A model generated the notes under the pieces. The model saw only the letters and a program-made list of their open reading frames with translations, was not told the origin of the DNA and did not search any database. A stretch of DNA of 64,000 nt. Origin: Escherichia coli. Lineage in GTDB: Bacteria; Pseudomonadota; Gammaproteobacteria; Enterobacterales; Enterobacteriaceae. The DNA lies in the NCBI GenBank assembly GCA_025336685.1, contig GCA_025336685.1_4717.1; one strand, written 5' to 3'. Positions 1-10,200 of the stretch are shown here, piece after piece; position 1 is the first letter of the stretch, and each line of letters opens with the position of its first letter. The position numbers were made by a program, and so were the translations under genes.

Positions 1-1
1 C

Positions 2-181
2 GATTCGACGATTGCGCTCGCAGCGATGCCTGCCTGGAAATGTCCGAAATGTAATACCGATATTGCTGACAATCTGCGTGACCAGAAATACTACGATCTG
101 ATTGCTTTGGATGTACCCCAGCTTTTTTTTACCCTAAACTCCGTCCAATCTCTTCAGGAGGGGATGGACGCGGTATTCTAA
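2..181 (+). CDS. partial CDS, 3' end of a gene starting left of the window (contains a CPKC Cys pair)
   Basis: Open frame runs from the window edge to TAA at 179-181; no start codon inside the window. Confidence 0.25.
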   Translation, partial: DSTIALAAMPAWKCPKCNTDIADNLRDQKYYDLIALDVPQLFFTLNSVQSLQEGMDAVF

Positions 182-243
182 TCGATCCGCGATACGGGTT
201 ACACGACGGACAACTTGTTCGTAACGATGAAAAAATCTGGGAA

Positions 244-603
244 TTGCTGTTAGCGCGTAAAGGCGACGGTGGCATGAAACTTAACATCGAAATGGGTATT
301 GCGTACGATACCATGTTTGGCTTGTACGATCGCGTCAGCGACTGGACACCGTTGAAATGGGTTGCTCAGCATCCCGCTGAAGATCCCTGGGACAGATTAG
401 GGATTAAGCCCTTAATCGAGGATTATGTTCGATTCGGTATTAAAGAGTTCATGACGCTGGATGCGTTTTTACAAGCACCGTATCCTTACGCGCAAACGGT
501 ACTCAAAATCGCACAAGACGAACTGCGGAAACGTAGTGCGGTACTGGACGACGATGAGGACAAGTTACGACGAGAAGAAGAACGTTTACGAAACGGAAAA
601 TAA
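244..603 (+). CDS. hypothetical protein (119 aa)
   Basis: Longest ORF in the left 1.1 kb; convergent with the leftward tail module; no recognisable motif. Confidence 0.35.
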   Translation: MLLARKGDGGMKLNIEMGIAYDTMFGLYDRVSDWTPLKWVAQHPAEDPWDRLGIKPLIEDYVRFGIKEFMTLDAFLQAPYPYAQTVLKIAQDELRKRSAVLDDDEDKLRREEERLRNGK

Positions 604-823
604 AATGGCGAGATTTACCAGTTTGATTGGGTTGGATATTTGGGAAACACCGGCCCGTTCGGTTATTCCTGTCAACACCGTCGGTGTGATGGGACATGGT
701 CTTGCCAAGCAGGCGTGATCGTGTGCCCGGTCTTCTTGAAGCGTACCGTAAGCAATGTCGAGATGGGTTTAAGGTGGGTGAAGTCGTATCGTATCAACAT
801 GGTGATAACGATCAACTCACTAC

Positions 824-1105
824 GTGTTGTTTCCATCAAAATCGGATTGGCGTGAAAGGCACGGCGAGTATATCGTTAACGGTTTACTGGCGTTAAAAGC
901 GTGGTTATTGGAGCTTCAGTTCGAAAGAGACGGCTTCTCATGCCGGAGTCCGGCTGAACCGTTGATTGTCGCAATTCCTCCGGTTGGTTCTGGTTGCGGT
1001 AATATCGGTTACGGACAATCTGAAACAATCCAGCCTCAATGGGTACGCGCACAAATCAAACAGTATCTTGCCACCGTGCCGAACGTTCATTTCTACTTGT
1101 TCTAA
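824..1105 (+). CDS. hypothetical protein (93 aa)
   Basis: ORF ends 17 nt before the 1122-1153 hairpin; frame assignment in 600-1105 is ambiguous. Confidence 0.2.
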   Translation: MLFPSKSDWRERHGEYIVNGLLALKAWLLELQFERDGFSCRSPAEPLIVAIPPVGSGCGNIGYGQSETIQPQWVRAQIKQYLATVPNVHFYLF

Positions 1106-1121
1106 TGCAAAGATAGCATAA

Positions 1122-1153
1122 CCCTCCTCCAACCCATCAGGGAAGGAGGAGGG
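1122..1153 (-). terminator. intrinsic terminator hairpin (9-bp CCCTCCTCC/GGAGGAGGG stem, 14-nt loop)
   Basis: Perfect stem 1122-1130/1145-1153 directly downstream of the 1171..1545 gene; minus-strand RNA continues UUAUGCU; sits between convergent genes. Confidence 0.6.
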
Positions 1154-1170
1154 AATATGCTGTTATGCTA

Positions 1171-1545
1171 TTAATGTTCGTTCCAGATGGCATCTTCCGG
1201 TGGAACAATAGGATCTTTCTTCGGCATTGATGGCACTTCATGACGATGTTTACGGAACTGTCCGTCGATAACTTCACGAAGTCGGTACGCATCAACCCAC
1301 GTTGATTTATTGAACAGCTCCAACGTCACAGTTAACCGCGTTCTTGACATTGAATAGCTTTTCTTTGCAATCAAATCGGGATAATTCAGTTGAGCGAACC
1401 ATGCCCGTATTTGTGCTTCGGTAAAAGCGATGCTGTAATAACTAAGTTTACCGTCATTAAAATCGTGCGCGTGGGTGTAACGTCCAGCGTAACGCCAAAC
1501 AAGATGCACATTCAGATCTATCCATGGTGGGGTGGTATCAGCCAT
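1171..1545 (-). CDS. hypothetical protein (124 aa)
   Basis: ORF at the distal end of the leftward tail operon, followed by the terminator hairpin. Confidence 0.5.
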   Translation of the reverse strand: MADTTPPWIDLNVHLVWRYAGRYTHAHDFNDGKLSYYSIAFTEAQIRAWFAQLNYPDLIAKKSYSMSRTRLTVTLELFNKSTWVDAYRLREVIDGQFRKHRHEVPSMPKKDPIVPPEDAIWNEH

Positions 1546-1554
1546 GTGTTACCC

Positions 1555-2124
1555 TCAACGATTTTTCATCACTTTACCCAGGCTTTCGATATTATCCCAA
1601 AAGCGATTTTTACTTGGCGCATCGCCGACGATAACCGACATCAAATCGCGACGTTCACGACTGATGATGCCCTGCGATTTCCAGATCACCATCGTCCAGC
1701 AAGCTGCCAGAACGAACAGGTGGTTAATACTCGGTTTGGTTTGTGCGATGAACGCAAGCCATGCCCAGATACCGGTGTATACTACCGTCACTAAAAAGAG
1801 AGAGATTGTTGCAACGACAACAACGAAGTTTTGGATGGCTGGCTGATTGGCGTTATCCTGAAAAGCGGTAAGATCAGGAAGATTACCTTCAACGGAACTC
1901 GTATCATCGATTTCCAATTCTTCGATTTCTTTTCGTATGTCGGGAGCTAATCCGGCATCATCAAGATGCTTCTTTAACCGCTGAATACTTAATCGTTGAC
2001 CGACAGGGATATTGATGTTGTCGTAACTATTAAGCGCATCAACCAGGGAGCGTCCGTCAACGAGAACCAAGCTCGCAGTACCCATCGTCTGCGGTTTTAT
2101 TTTGTAAAGGTCTTTTACTTTCAT
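1555..2124 (-). CDS. membrane protein (189 aa, two predicted TM helices)
   Basis: Hydrophobic segments FVVVVATISLFLVTVVYTGIWAWLAF and HLFVLAACWTMVIW; ATG preceded by GGAGGTGG. Confidence 0.5.
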   Translation of the reverse strand: MKVKDLYKIKPQTMGTASLVLVDGRSLVDALNSYDNINIPVGQRLSIQRLKKHLDDAGLAPDIRKEIEELEIDDTSSVEGNLPDLTAFQDNANQPAIQNFVVVVATISLFLVTVVYTGIWAWLAFIAQTKPSINHLFVLAACWTMVIWKSQGIISRERRDLMSVIVGDAPSKNRFWDNIESLGKVMKNR

Positions 2125-2145
2125 GTAGACACCACCTCCAACGTG

Positions 2146-4758
2146 TTATACGTCCGGCGTAAAATCAAAAGGAACGTCCGTACGAATGATATCATAACGT
2201 TTTCCTAAGAAATAGAACTCTTCGGGAACCAGACCGGGAATAATGCTATCGCCGATGAACTGTGGGTATGCCCAGATGTACTGAGTGAGTCCTTCGAACA
2301 TATCCAGGTTATTTGCGTGGTTACCCATGATACGTTTCCAGAGTTCGCGTTTATACGGTGTTTTGACATCGAACCCATAAAGCGGTGCGAGGTCTTCGCC
2401 AGGAACAAACCCCAGGTAATAGTGGATCTGACTAACCGGGAACCCAAGCGTATCTCGCGGAATGGTGATCGCTTGCTCGGCCTTGGTGACATGCGTCTCA
2501 ATAATCCAGTCGTAGCACTCCGAATAGAACCGATCGAATTTCTCTGGATTATACCACGCTTTGGGAAGATTCAGTTTCTCCGTGAACGCGTTCGACATGA
2601 TCGTCGGCAAGAACGGAAGAACGCCGGTTTTGATCTGCGTGTATTTCGATTTTACCCGATTGACTAGATTCCAGCAACTGTATCCTAATTGATCGTTGCA
2701 GAACTCAACGTAGAGATCGTAATCCCCACCCGATAATGGATTATTAATATCGCCGATGTCTGCCGCATATTTGTTGGGGTATCGGTTATTGAAAGCCAGT
2801 TTGGTTTGGTAATCGTAAATGCACGGTTTATTGTTCTTCGTGTTAATCCACCACCAGGGTTCACCCACCTGCACACAAATGTCTTGGACATGCGGGTAGA
2901 TGATATCAGCAAACGCGGTTAACACATCCCCTAACCACGCCATCGCGTGTTGGTTGCATGGCGACAACAACCAAGACGGCGGCGTATATCCGGTTGCTGC
3001 TATGTTTCCTTCCCAATCCTGCTGCGCCCACTCGAACGGGCATGCCGTGCTCATCAATTCGTAACTTAAACTGATTGTAACAGAGAAATGGTGTTTTGCA
3101 GCGTATGCGGCGAAAGCTTCATGCCATGCGATACAGGGTGGGTTGAGTACATCTGTGGTGTTCACCAGTAACTTACTCGCACTTGGTGTCCAGACAGTAT
3201 CGTAGAAATGCGACATTCCAACATAGTGCACTAATTCATCTTGATATCCCGCATAAACCAGGTTCTCAAATACGCGTTCCGGCGTGATGTTGTAATGGTC
3301 GTCATAAGCGGTTATCGCACGAAGCTCGTGTGGTGTACATTGGTGACGATTAACCGTCATTTCCTGATACACCCCATCAATAGGAAGAATCTCGAGGGTT
3401 AAACCGAGGTCGATCGGTGTTTCCAGGTAGGTCGTTTCTGTAGCACCTTCCTTATAATGTCGAGAACTCATGCTGAACATCAACGACGTGACCGATTCGA
3501 GTTCGATAGGTTCGTCAGCATAGAACCCCGCCATTGCGTCGTTGAAATCGATCGTTACGATTGCGCTTCTACCATCTTCAGAGACGTCGGTGGCGTATCG
3601 GGTTAATGAGATATACTGACGGCTATCGTCTTTGTGTACGACGGTTAAAACCGGCGGGTTTTCGGTATCCGCAAAGTTACGCTGATCGCCAGTAAACGTG
3701 ATCTTGGCTTTAAAGATCAAACCGAACAACGACGTCATGGGATCATACGCAACACAACCATGATCTAGCGTATCCGTTGTCCGCCATTCTATCCCTACCA
3801 ACCCGTTAGCGGTATGGCATCGCATATACGCATTAAGTGTCATGTCTTCACTGACAACCGCGAAGTTCTCTGTAGATTGACCGTTGATAATCCAATACAT
3901 CGGTTGCCAGAGGTTACGCGTGCCTTTTGCGTAGCGGTAGGTTGGTGCGCCTTTAGGGTTGCCGTTATTGAGATGGAATACAGCCGTACCTTGGTAATGA
4001 TCGTTCGTGTTAATCGGAACACTGTACGCGTCGCCGAGGTCCGTACGTTCGACCTTCGTGACAGTTGCGTTTTCAAACAGCCCACGTAGTGTAGGAAGAC
4101 CAATGTCATCAGGCGCGTTTTCTCGGCGAATCGCGTCCGCGATGCGGTGGGCTAGGGCGGGGTAAATGGTCTCACCCTGCTGTAGGTTTGCAAGACCTAC
4201 AAAGCGATCGGGGTTGATACCAGCAATCAATAACTCGACATCGCCCTTCGTTCTATCGTCATGGAGGTATTTCAGTCCAGTAAGATCAAGATGTTGAATT
4301 AACGACAACAGATTGTACTTACGGTTTTCAACAGTCAGTACAAGATCACCTGCCCAAACCAAACTTCCCTCATCCGCCGTTACTCTAACGGATTGGCGGC
4401 CTGTGGTAGACGTTGTTGTCGTTTTATTTAATTGTCCTTGTAGGAAGTCGGTTGCGAGGTCAAAGGCAACGCCGTAACGGTCAGCGACCGCCTGCATGAT
4501 TTCACGTAACTGGGTATCTTCTTCAATGATGATCTTGACAGGTATTCCCAAGAACGCCTTGGCGAGGTCTCGCTTAACCATCGAGACGAATACGGATTTG
4601 TAATATCGGCCTCCATCTTTCCCTTTAAAAAGAATGGAGGTTGTTTCGGGTGACGATAGAACACGTGCAAATTCAACATCGTCGAAAGTAAGAGAAAGTC
4701 CGTTTTTCTCGTTGGTTAATCTTAGTATTTCATTTTGCGCGGTTTCATGTAACTTCAT
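2146..4758 (-). CDS. tail spike/fibre-like receptor-binding protein (870 aa) with shared N-terminal anchor domain
   Basis: N-terminal ~170 aa (KRDLAKAFLGIPVKI...VWAGDL) paralogous to four other proteins in the window; large distal domain of unknown fold; TGAGG SD. Confidence 0.55.
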   Translation of the reverse strand: MKLHETAQNEILRLTNEKNGLSLTFDDVEFARVLSSPETTSILFKGKDGGRYYKSVFVSMVKRDLAKAFLGIPVKIIIEEDTQLREIMQAVADRYGVAFDLATDFLQGQLNKTTTTSTTGRQSVRVTADEGSLVWAGDLVLTVENRKYNLLSLIQHLDLTGLKYLHDDRTKGDVELLIAGINPDRFVGLANLQQGETIYPALAHRIADAIRRENAPDDIGLPTLRGLFENATVTKVERTDLGDAYSVPINTNDHYQGTAVFHLNNGNPKGAPTYRYAKGTRNLWQPMYWIINGQSTENFAVVSEDMTLNAYMRCHTANGLVGIEWRTTDTLDHGCVAYDPMTSLFGLIFKAKITFTGDQRNFADTENPPVLTVVHKDDSRQYISLTRYATDVSEDGRSAIVTIDFNDAMAGFYADEPIELESVTSLMFSMSSRHYKEGATETTYLETPIDLGLTLEILPIDGVYQEMTVNRHQCTPHELRAITAYDDHYNITPERVFENLVYAGYQDELVHYVGMSHFYDTVWTPSASKLLVNTTDVLNPPCIAWHEAFAAYAAKHHFSVTISLSYELMSTACPFEWAQQDWEGNIAATGYTPPSWLLSPCNQHAMAWLGDVLTAFADIIYPHVQDICVQVGEPWWWINTKNNKPCIYDYQTKLAFNNRYPNKYAADIGDINNPLSGGDYDLYVEFCNDQLGYSCWNLVNRVKSKYTQIKTGVLPFLPTIMSNAFTEKLNLPKAWYNPEKFDRFYSECYDWIIETHVTKAEQAITIPRDTLGFPVSQIHYYLGFVPGEDLAPLYGFDVKTPYKRELWKRIMGNHANNLDMFEGLTQYIWAYPQFIGDSIIPGLVPEEFYFLGKRYDIIRTDVPFDFTPDV

Positions 4759-4780
4759 TGAAAACCTCAGCCCTTTAGAA

Positions 4781-5422
4781 TTAGATGTACTGCTTACCGC
4801 CCACGAAGGAAGTTAGCCAGTTCCCACTGACAAGCTGTGATACCCAGCCAGGCACTGCCCTGCCATTCTGGCTCATGACGTTACCACACCAGCCAGGGAA
4901 TCCGGGACGGATATAATAGAAAGTTAAATTGTAGAGATGGCAATTCCATACCGCAACGTTATGTTTACCAGAAACCGCTTTAAAGACAAACGCAACGGGT
5001 AAAGGCGACGATAACAATTCAGTCACAGGAACGGCTGACCAGTTTGCGTTCGCGTTCCATGGTTGCCAGGTATGGCTACGCGAGTCGCAAAATACGTTAC
5101 CGTTGTTACCGCGCCCACCAGCATGCCACCACAGCGACGGACTCATGTTCTTAAGTGAGGTAAATTGCTGTGGTGGAATATTAGGAATAATAACAGGGTT
5201 GGTACCTTGCCCATGTTTCTTTTCTTTTGCGTTTACATACCCACTTATCGATTCGAGGTATTTGACACCAGGATAATTGTTCTGGACTTGTGTCGCAATA
5301 TCACGGACATCAAACGTCCAGCAGATCATGGTGTTGTAGTAAGCATCGGTGTTGTCGTACCAAGCGTTACCATCTTGTAAACGTGCGCCACTATTCGGTG
5401 TTTTATCTGTGCTTATAGCCAT
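4781..5422 (-). CDS. hypothetical tail-module protein (213 aa) with conserved C-terminal module
   Basis: C-terminal ~45 aa (RPGFPGWxGNVMSQNGRAVPGWVSQLVSGNWLTSFVGGKQY) identical to the next gene; AGGA SD. Confidence 0.5.
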   Translation of the reverse strand: MAISTDKTPNSGARLQDGNAWYDNTDAYYNTMICWTFDVRDIATQVQNNYPGVKYLESISGYVNAKEKKHGQGTNPVIIPNIPPQQFTSLKNMSPSLWWHAGGRGNNGNVFCDSRSHTWQPWNANANWSAVPVTELLSSPLPVAFVFKAVSGKHNVAVWNCHLYNLTFYYIRPGFPGWCGNVMSQNGRAVPGWVSQLVSGNWLTSFVGGKQYI

Positions 5423-5528
5423 GTTATTGTCCTATACTACGATGATTGAGATATCGAATGTCGGACGCTTGGTGCCGTCTGGTAGTACATACAGAAACAC
5501 CCACAGATAAAACAATAACTCCCATCAA

Positions 5529-6194
5529 TTAAATTGATGTTAGATACTGCTTACCTCCGACAAACGATGTCAACCAGTTCCCACTGACGAGCTGTGATAC
5601 CCAGCCAGGCACTGCCCTACCGTTCTGGCTCATCACATTACCCGCCCATCCCGGAAAACCAGGTCGGAAAATATATACTTGAATATGTGTTAAAGCGTTA
5701 TCATTACCTCCACCAACAGCAACATTACGACGTCCGGATGATGGGAAATATTCTTTTAAGAACAGGGGATCGTTTGCCAATAAAGAAGCGGGCCAAGGAT
5801 TAGCGGATGCGTCAACATCGAATTCGGTCCATCGCCATTTGCGTCCGGTATCGAACCAGGTTGACGTACCACCGCCACGCACCGCAAGATTGCGTGCATC
5901 ACGGGCACTGTATATTGATTCGATGTTTCGCCACCCACCTTTTGCGGCGTTTGCCGCATAGCAAATCGCATTACCACCATTCTTCTTTTCGTAAACGGTT
6001 CGTTTGATATGAACACGGTCGATAAACGCTTCACCGTATTTGTTGACGAGTGTTTGCGCGATATCACGAAGATCGTGCATATGAAAGGCGATGTCTTCGT
6101 TGTGGAACCACGTTGTCGGGTTCCAAACGGTGCCGTTTGGTTCGGCACACATCGATCGGATATTGTTGCGTTGATTAATCGCGATAAAGCCCAT
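5529..6194 (-). CDS. hypothetical tail-module protein (about 221 aa), paralog of 4781..5422
   Basis: Same C-terminal module with different N-terminal region; start chosen at internal ATG 6192-6194 with GAGG SD (ORF track extends to 6257 through the terminator). Confidence 0.5.
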   Translation of the reverse strand: MGFIAINQRNNIRSMCAEPNGTVWNPTTWFHNEDIAFHMHDLRDIAQTLVNKYGEAFIDRVHIKRTVYEKKNGGNAICYAANAAKGGWRNIESIYSARDARNLAVRGGGTSTWFDTGRKWRWTEFDVDASANPWPASLLANDPLFLKEYFPSSGRRNVAVGGGNDNALTHIQVYIFRPGFPGWAGNVMSQNGRAVPGWVSQLVSGNWLTSFVGGKQYLTSI

Positions 6195-6246
6195 GGTCCA
6201 CCTCGTTCCTGTTCTCGAAGGAAATTTCATACGATGACGCCATAAC

Positions 6247-6303
6247 AGCTCCCCCATCCTCCCAACCCGTAAGGGAAGGGAGGATGTAAGGGAAGGAGGA
6301 GCT
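6247..6303 (-). terminator. nested GC-rich hairpin terminator
   Basis: Inner stem CATCCTCCC/GGGAGGATG (6255-6263/6278-6286) with loop AACCCGTAAGGGAA, enclosed by AGCTCC/GGAGCT; downstream of the lipoprotein gene. Confidence 0.5.
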
Positions 6304-6309
6304 ATTTAA

Positions 6310-6813
6310 TTACTGGCTGACAACCTCAACGGAACTGGGATCGGCGATCAGCGCACGGTCGGTAGAACAATTGAAGAAGACCATGCCAACACCATCACCG
6401 TTCGAGTTCAGGGTTGAACTTACGTAAGACAATGTTGGTTTATTCATACGGTAGAAGCGTTCGTTGGTGGTGGTATTGAACCCCAGATCAACGTAGTCTT
6501 TCACCGTGGTGTACAACTGTGTGGACTCGAAAACGGTTACCGGAGAGTCAACGGTAAACTGACTACCTTCGTCCACTACCAGAACTTTATCGTTCCAGAT
6601 TTCAGTGGTTGAGAACTTCGGTTTCCAGTGTTCGAATTCCTGGGTTGCTCCCCAGCAGGAATACACAGCGAGATCGCTGTTCTTCTCAACAGGTTTTAAC
6701 CCCACCAGTTGTGTCAGGCCTTTATCCAGATTCGGTAAGCCTTCCAGTGTAGCACACCCACCCAGAGAAAGTACCATCAACATACCGAGAATAATCGCGC
6801 AAAGTTTCTTCAT
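6310..6813 (-). CDS. putative lipoprotein (167 aa)
   Basis: N-terminal MKKLCAIILGMLMVLSLGGC: signal peptide with lipobox-like LGGC; AAGGA SD. Confidence 0.55.
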   Translation of the reverse strand: MKKLCAIILGMLMVLSLGGCATLEGLPNLDKGLTQLVGLKPVEKNSDLAVYSCWGATQEFEHWKPKFSTTEIWNDKVLVVDEGSQFTVDSPVTVFESTQLYTTVKDYVDLGFNTTTNERFYRMNKPTLSYVSSTLNSNGDGVGMVFFNCSTDRALIADPSSVEVVSQ

Positions 6814-6857
6814 CGTCGGATTTCCTTATGTGTTAACGGAAGTGATTTCCATAGTAA

Positions 6858-7273
6858 TTACACAGTTTTAGGAAATTCCGGCCAATCGATATTTGGCGCG
6901 GCGTCGGTATCGATAGCCGTCACCTCGTCAATGTAATCCAAAACAGCATTAAGTTGGGCTGTTTCTTCCGGAGTCAGTTTTCGCCCGGCCCGTAATTTTA
7001 ACTGAATAAGATCAATGGAAGCCAGCGCAGAGTCAATCAGAGATTTTTTCATCTGTTCTGCCTCGGCGACGAGATCTTCGTGTTGCCGCTCGGGTTCCGG
7101 AGGTGCGGTAAACTCACCATTTGAGTATAACCAACCTATTCCAGGCGACACAGCTCCCGTATCGCTAATGCTGACCAACTGTTGATTGTCAGATACATCG
7201 AGCTCTGCTTCGCCATCGTAAACAATCGTGTTTACTACCACCCCATTTTCAATAACAGCGTATGATGTACTCA
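6858..7273 (-). CDS. tail fibre assembly protein (chaperone)
   Basis: Lies immediately after the long fibre gene; start ATG overlaps the fibre stop (ATGTAATGAGT); C-terminal region resembles phage Tfa chaperones. Confidence 0.55.
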
Positions 7274-10200
7274 TTACATAAACTCCTCGATGATGCAAAT
7301 CCCGTCAGCGCCACGCCCGCCACGCATAACGGTTCCAGTGTAACCGTTATCGTAAGCGCCGCCGCCCGAACCTCGTGCGAGGCCGTTTGACCCACCGCCA
7401 ACAGCTGCGCGACCACCGCCACCCCAATATGACGCACCCCCACCACCACATACAGGAAATGCGCCAGCCTGACCGTCATCACCATCACCACCTGAAATGC
7501 GTATATCCCCGGTACTAGGTACACCACCACCCCCACCGCCAGTGTTTGTGACAGTTGTTTTTCCTGCGCCTTGCCCACCGGGAGCAGTCAGCAGGGATGC
7601 AAATTTACTATCCCCGCCCCTGTTTCCAACTGTTGCCCCGGAACCACCAGTGCCACCAGAACCAATTACAACAGAATAACTAGTAGCCGCTACCGTTATA
7701 ACCGAAATTACTGTTGCCCCGGCCCCACCGCCAGCACCAAAAAACGTTTCGCTGTTGGAAAAAGCCTGGCAACCACCACCGCCGCCTCCACCACCGGTTA
7801 ATATTACTCTAATCCGTTTTGTTCCTTGTGTTGGGGTGTACGTCCCTGACGATGTGAAAACACGCATGTTCAGTAAACGTCCGACATATCCACTAGAATC
7901 GGCTAAACCAAGATCTTTAGCTGCTAACGTGATATTAGCTGTGCCATCGAAAGGTTTACCGTTAATCGTGCGTGCCGTCTGCAGCTTCGTGGCCGTTGCT
8001 GCGTTTCCTGACGTATTCTGGTTTCCCGCGGCGTTAACACCTGGTAGATTGATGTTCGCACTACCGTCGAAAGACACCCCACCAATGGTGCGGGCTGTCT
8101 TCAGTTTTGTCGCCGTGGCGGCATTACCGGTCGTGTCTTGGTTACCGGTGGTGTTTACCCCAGGTAGGTTGATATTGGCTGTTCCGTTAAATGAAACACC
8201 ACCAATCGTCCTTGCTGTTTGCAACTTCGTTGCGGATGCCGCATTCCCCGTGGTGTTTTGGTTACCTGTTGCATTCACGCCTGGGATGCTATCCTTAGAT
8301 GTGTAGATCTGTGCCCATTCCGACCAGTTCGAATCGGCCGCATCACGACGTGAACGTAGGTAAGCTGGAGCGTGTGCGCCTGAGGTACCTGACCACCCAA
8401 TGAGGATTTCACCTTCACCGACCGATGAAGCCCCTTTAAGATGAATGATGTTACCATAAGCGGTGGGATATCCGTTATTGTACGCTTCATACATCTGGAT
8501 GCCCGCATTGCTGCCCTGAGCCGTGTTAGCTAAGGCCGTAACACGACCTTTGGAAGCGAGAGCGTTAATACTGAAGCTAATATCCTTAGTACCGTCAAAG
8601 GCGACCCCATTAATCTTCCGTGCTGTTTGGAGTTTCGTAGCAGTAGCCGCATTACCAGAGGTACTCTGATTACCTGCTTTGTTCACGCCCGGTAAATCAA
8701 TGTTGGCTGTTCCATCAAAGGACACACCCCCTATGGTTCTCGCTGTCTGGAGTTTTGTTGCTGAACCAGCGTTTCCAGAAGTGCTTTGATTACCTGCCGC
8801 GTTGACACCCGGTAGGTCAATGCTAGCAGAACCATCAAAAGAAACTCCACCGATCGTGATCGGTGTTTTCAATTTCGTGGCTGTCGCAGCATTACCCGTC
8901 GTATTCTGATTGCCAGCAGCATTAACACCAGGTAATGCGATATCGGTCGTACCATCGAACGCAACACCACCGACTTTACGGGCGGTCTGTAGCTTGGTCG
9001 CTGTAGCCGCGTTGCCGCTGGTATTTTGCGTGCCTGCTTTATTTACGCCAGGCAAATCAATGTTCGCAGTACCATCAAAAGAAACACCCCCGATGGTTCT
9101 CGCGGTCTCAAGTTTGGTTGCGCTTCCTGCGTTTCCGCTGGTGCTTTGATTTCCCGCTGCATCAACACCTGGTAGATTGATGCTGGCCGAACCATCGAAA
9201 CTCACACCACCGATAGTAACAGCGGTTTTCAACTTCGTCGCCGTTGCTGCGTTACCGGTTGTATTTTGATTGCCTGTCGCATTAACGCCCGGTAATGCAA
9301 TATCCGCTGTTCCGTCAAAGGCAACGCCACCGATTCTACGTGCAGTTTGTAGCTTGGTTGCACTAGCAGCGTTACCGCTGGTATTCTGGGTGCCAGCTTT
9401 GTTAACACCGGGGAGATCGATATTAGCAGAACCATCGAAGCTGACGCCACCTATCGTTCTTGCAGTATCGAGTTTAGCTGCTGTGGCTGCATTATTACCC
9501 ACTTTCAGCCAATCATCCCATGGACCATCCTGGCCGTTCCATGATGCCGTTAAACTACGTACGTAAATATTGCCGGTACGTACAGTGTAACGTTGCGTTC
9601 CACCGAATTGTCCGGCAGGGAGCACTTCAAGGTAACCTGCAGCATTTGCTTCAGGGAAATTGTGGGCGACGTCCGCGTTCGTTGATACTGGTTTAGACCA
9701 AATACCCACAGACACTTCAACCGGACCGTAAGTATTCAGATTTGCGTCGGTGGGGAGCTGTCCTCGAAAACGTTGGAATTGTGTCGCCGATAACCCCAAC
9801 GTTGTTTGCATGCTTTCAATGCTGGATTGCTGAAGTAACGTCCGTGCTGTCGATGTAATCACGGTAAGCGCAACTTTATTAACACCGGTGAAATACGGGA
9901 GTTTGTCTGCTGATGTCGCTAAACCTGAAAAGGCGGTCAGTAATGCGTTAAGGGGCTGCTTCCCAGCTAACGCATTTGTTACCGTCGTTGCGAAATTAGG
10001 ATCGCTTCCTATAGCTCGAGCCAGCTTATTAAGCGTATTTAGCGTCGCTGGTGACGAGTCGATCAGCGCCGTGATCGCACGCATCACAAATTCCGTGTTG
10101 GCTATCTGTCGACTGCTATTGTTAACTGCTGCGGTGGGCGCTGCTGGCGTACCAGTGAATACAGGGCTATTAAGATCCGCCTTGAGGGCGATGAGACGTT

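Noticed and set aside
7905-9485. Possible CRISPR-like array suggested by regular ~102-bp periodicity
   Set aside because: The periodicity is an in-frame coding repeat of a tail fibre; units are diverged and there are no short conserved direct repeats separated by unique spacers.
7497-9566. Plus-strand ORFs antisense to the long fibre gene (e.g. 7497..7679, 7755..8306, 8910..9149, 9270..9566) with Pro/Ala-rich repetitive translations
   Set aside because: They lie entirely inside the 1318-aa minus-strand ORF and simply mirror its coding repeats; they have no SD sites and low-complexity products.
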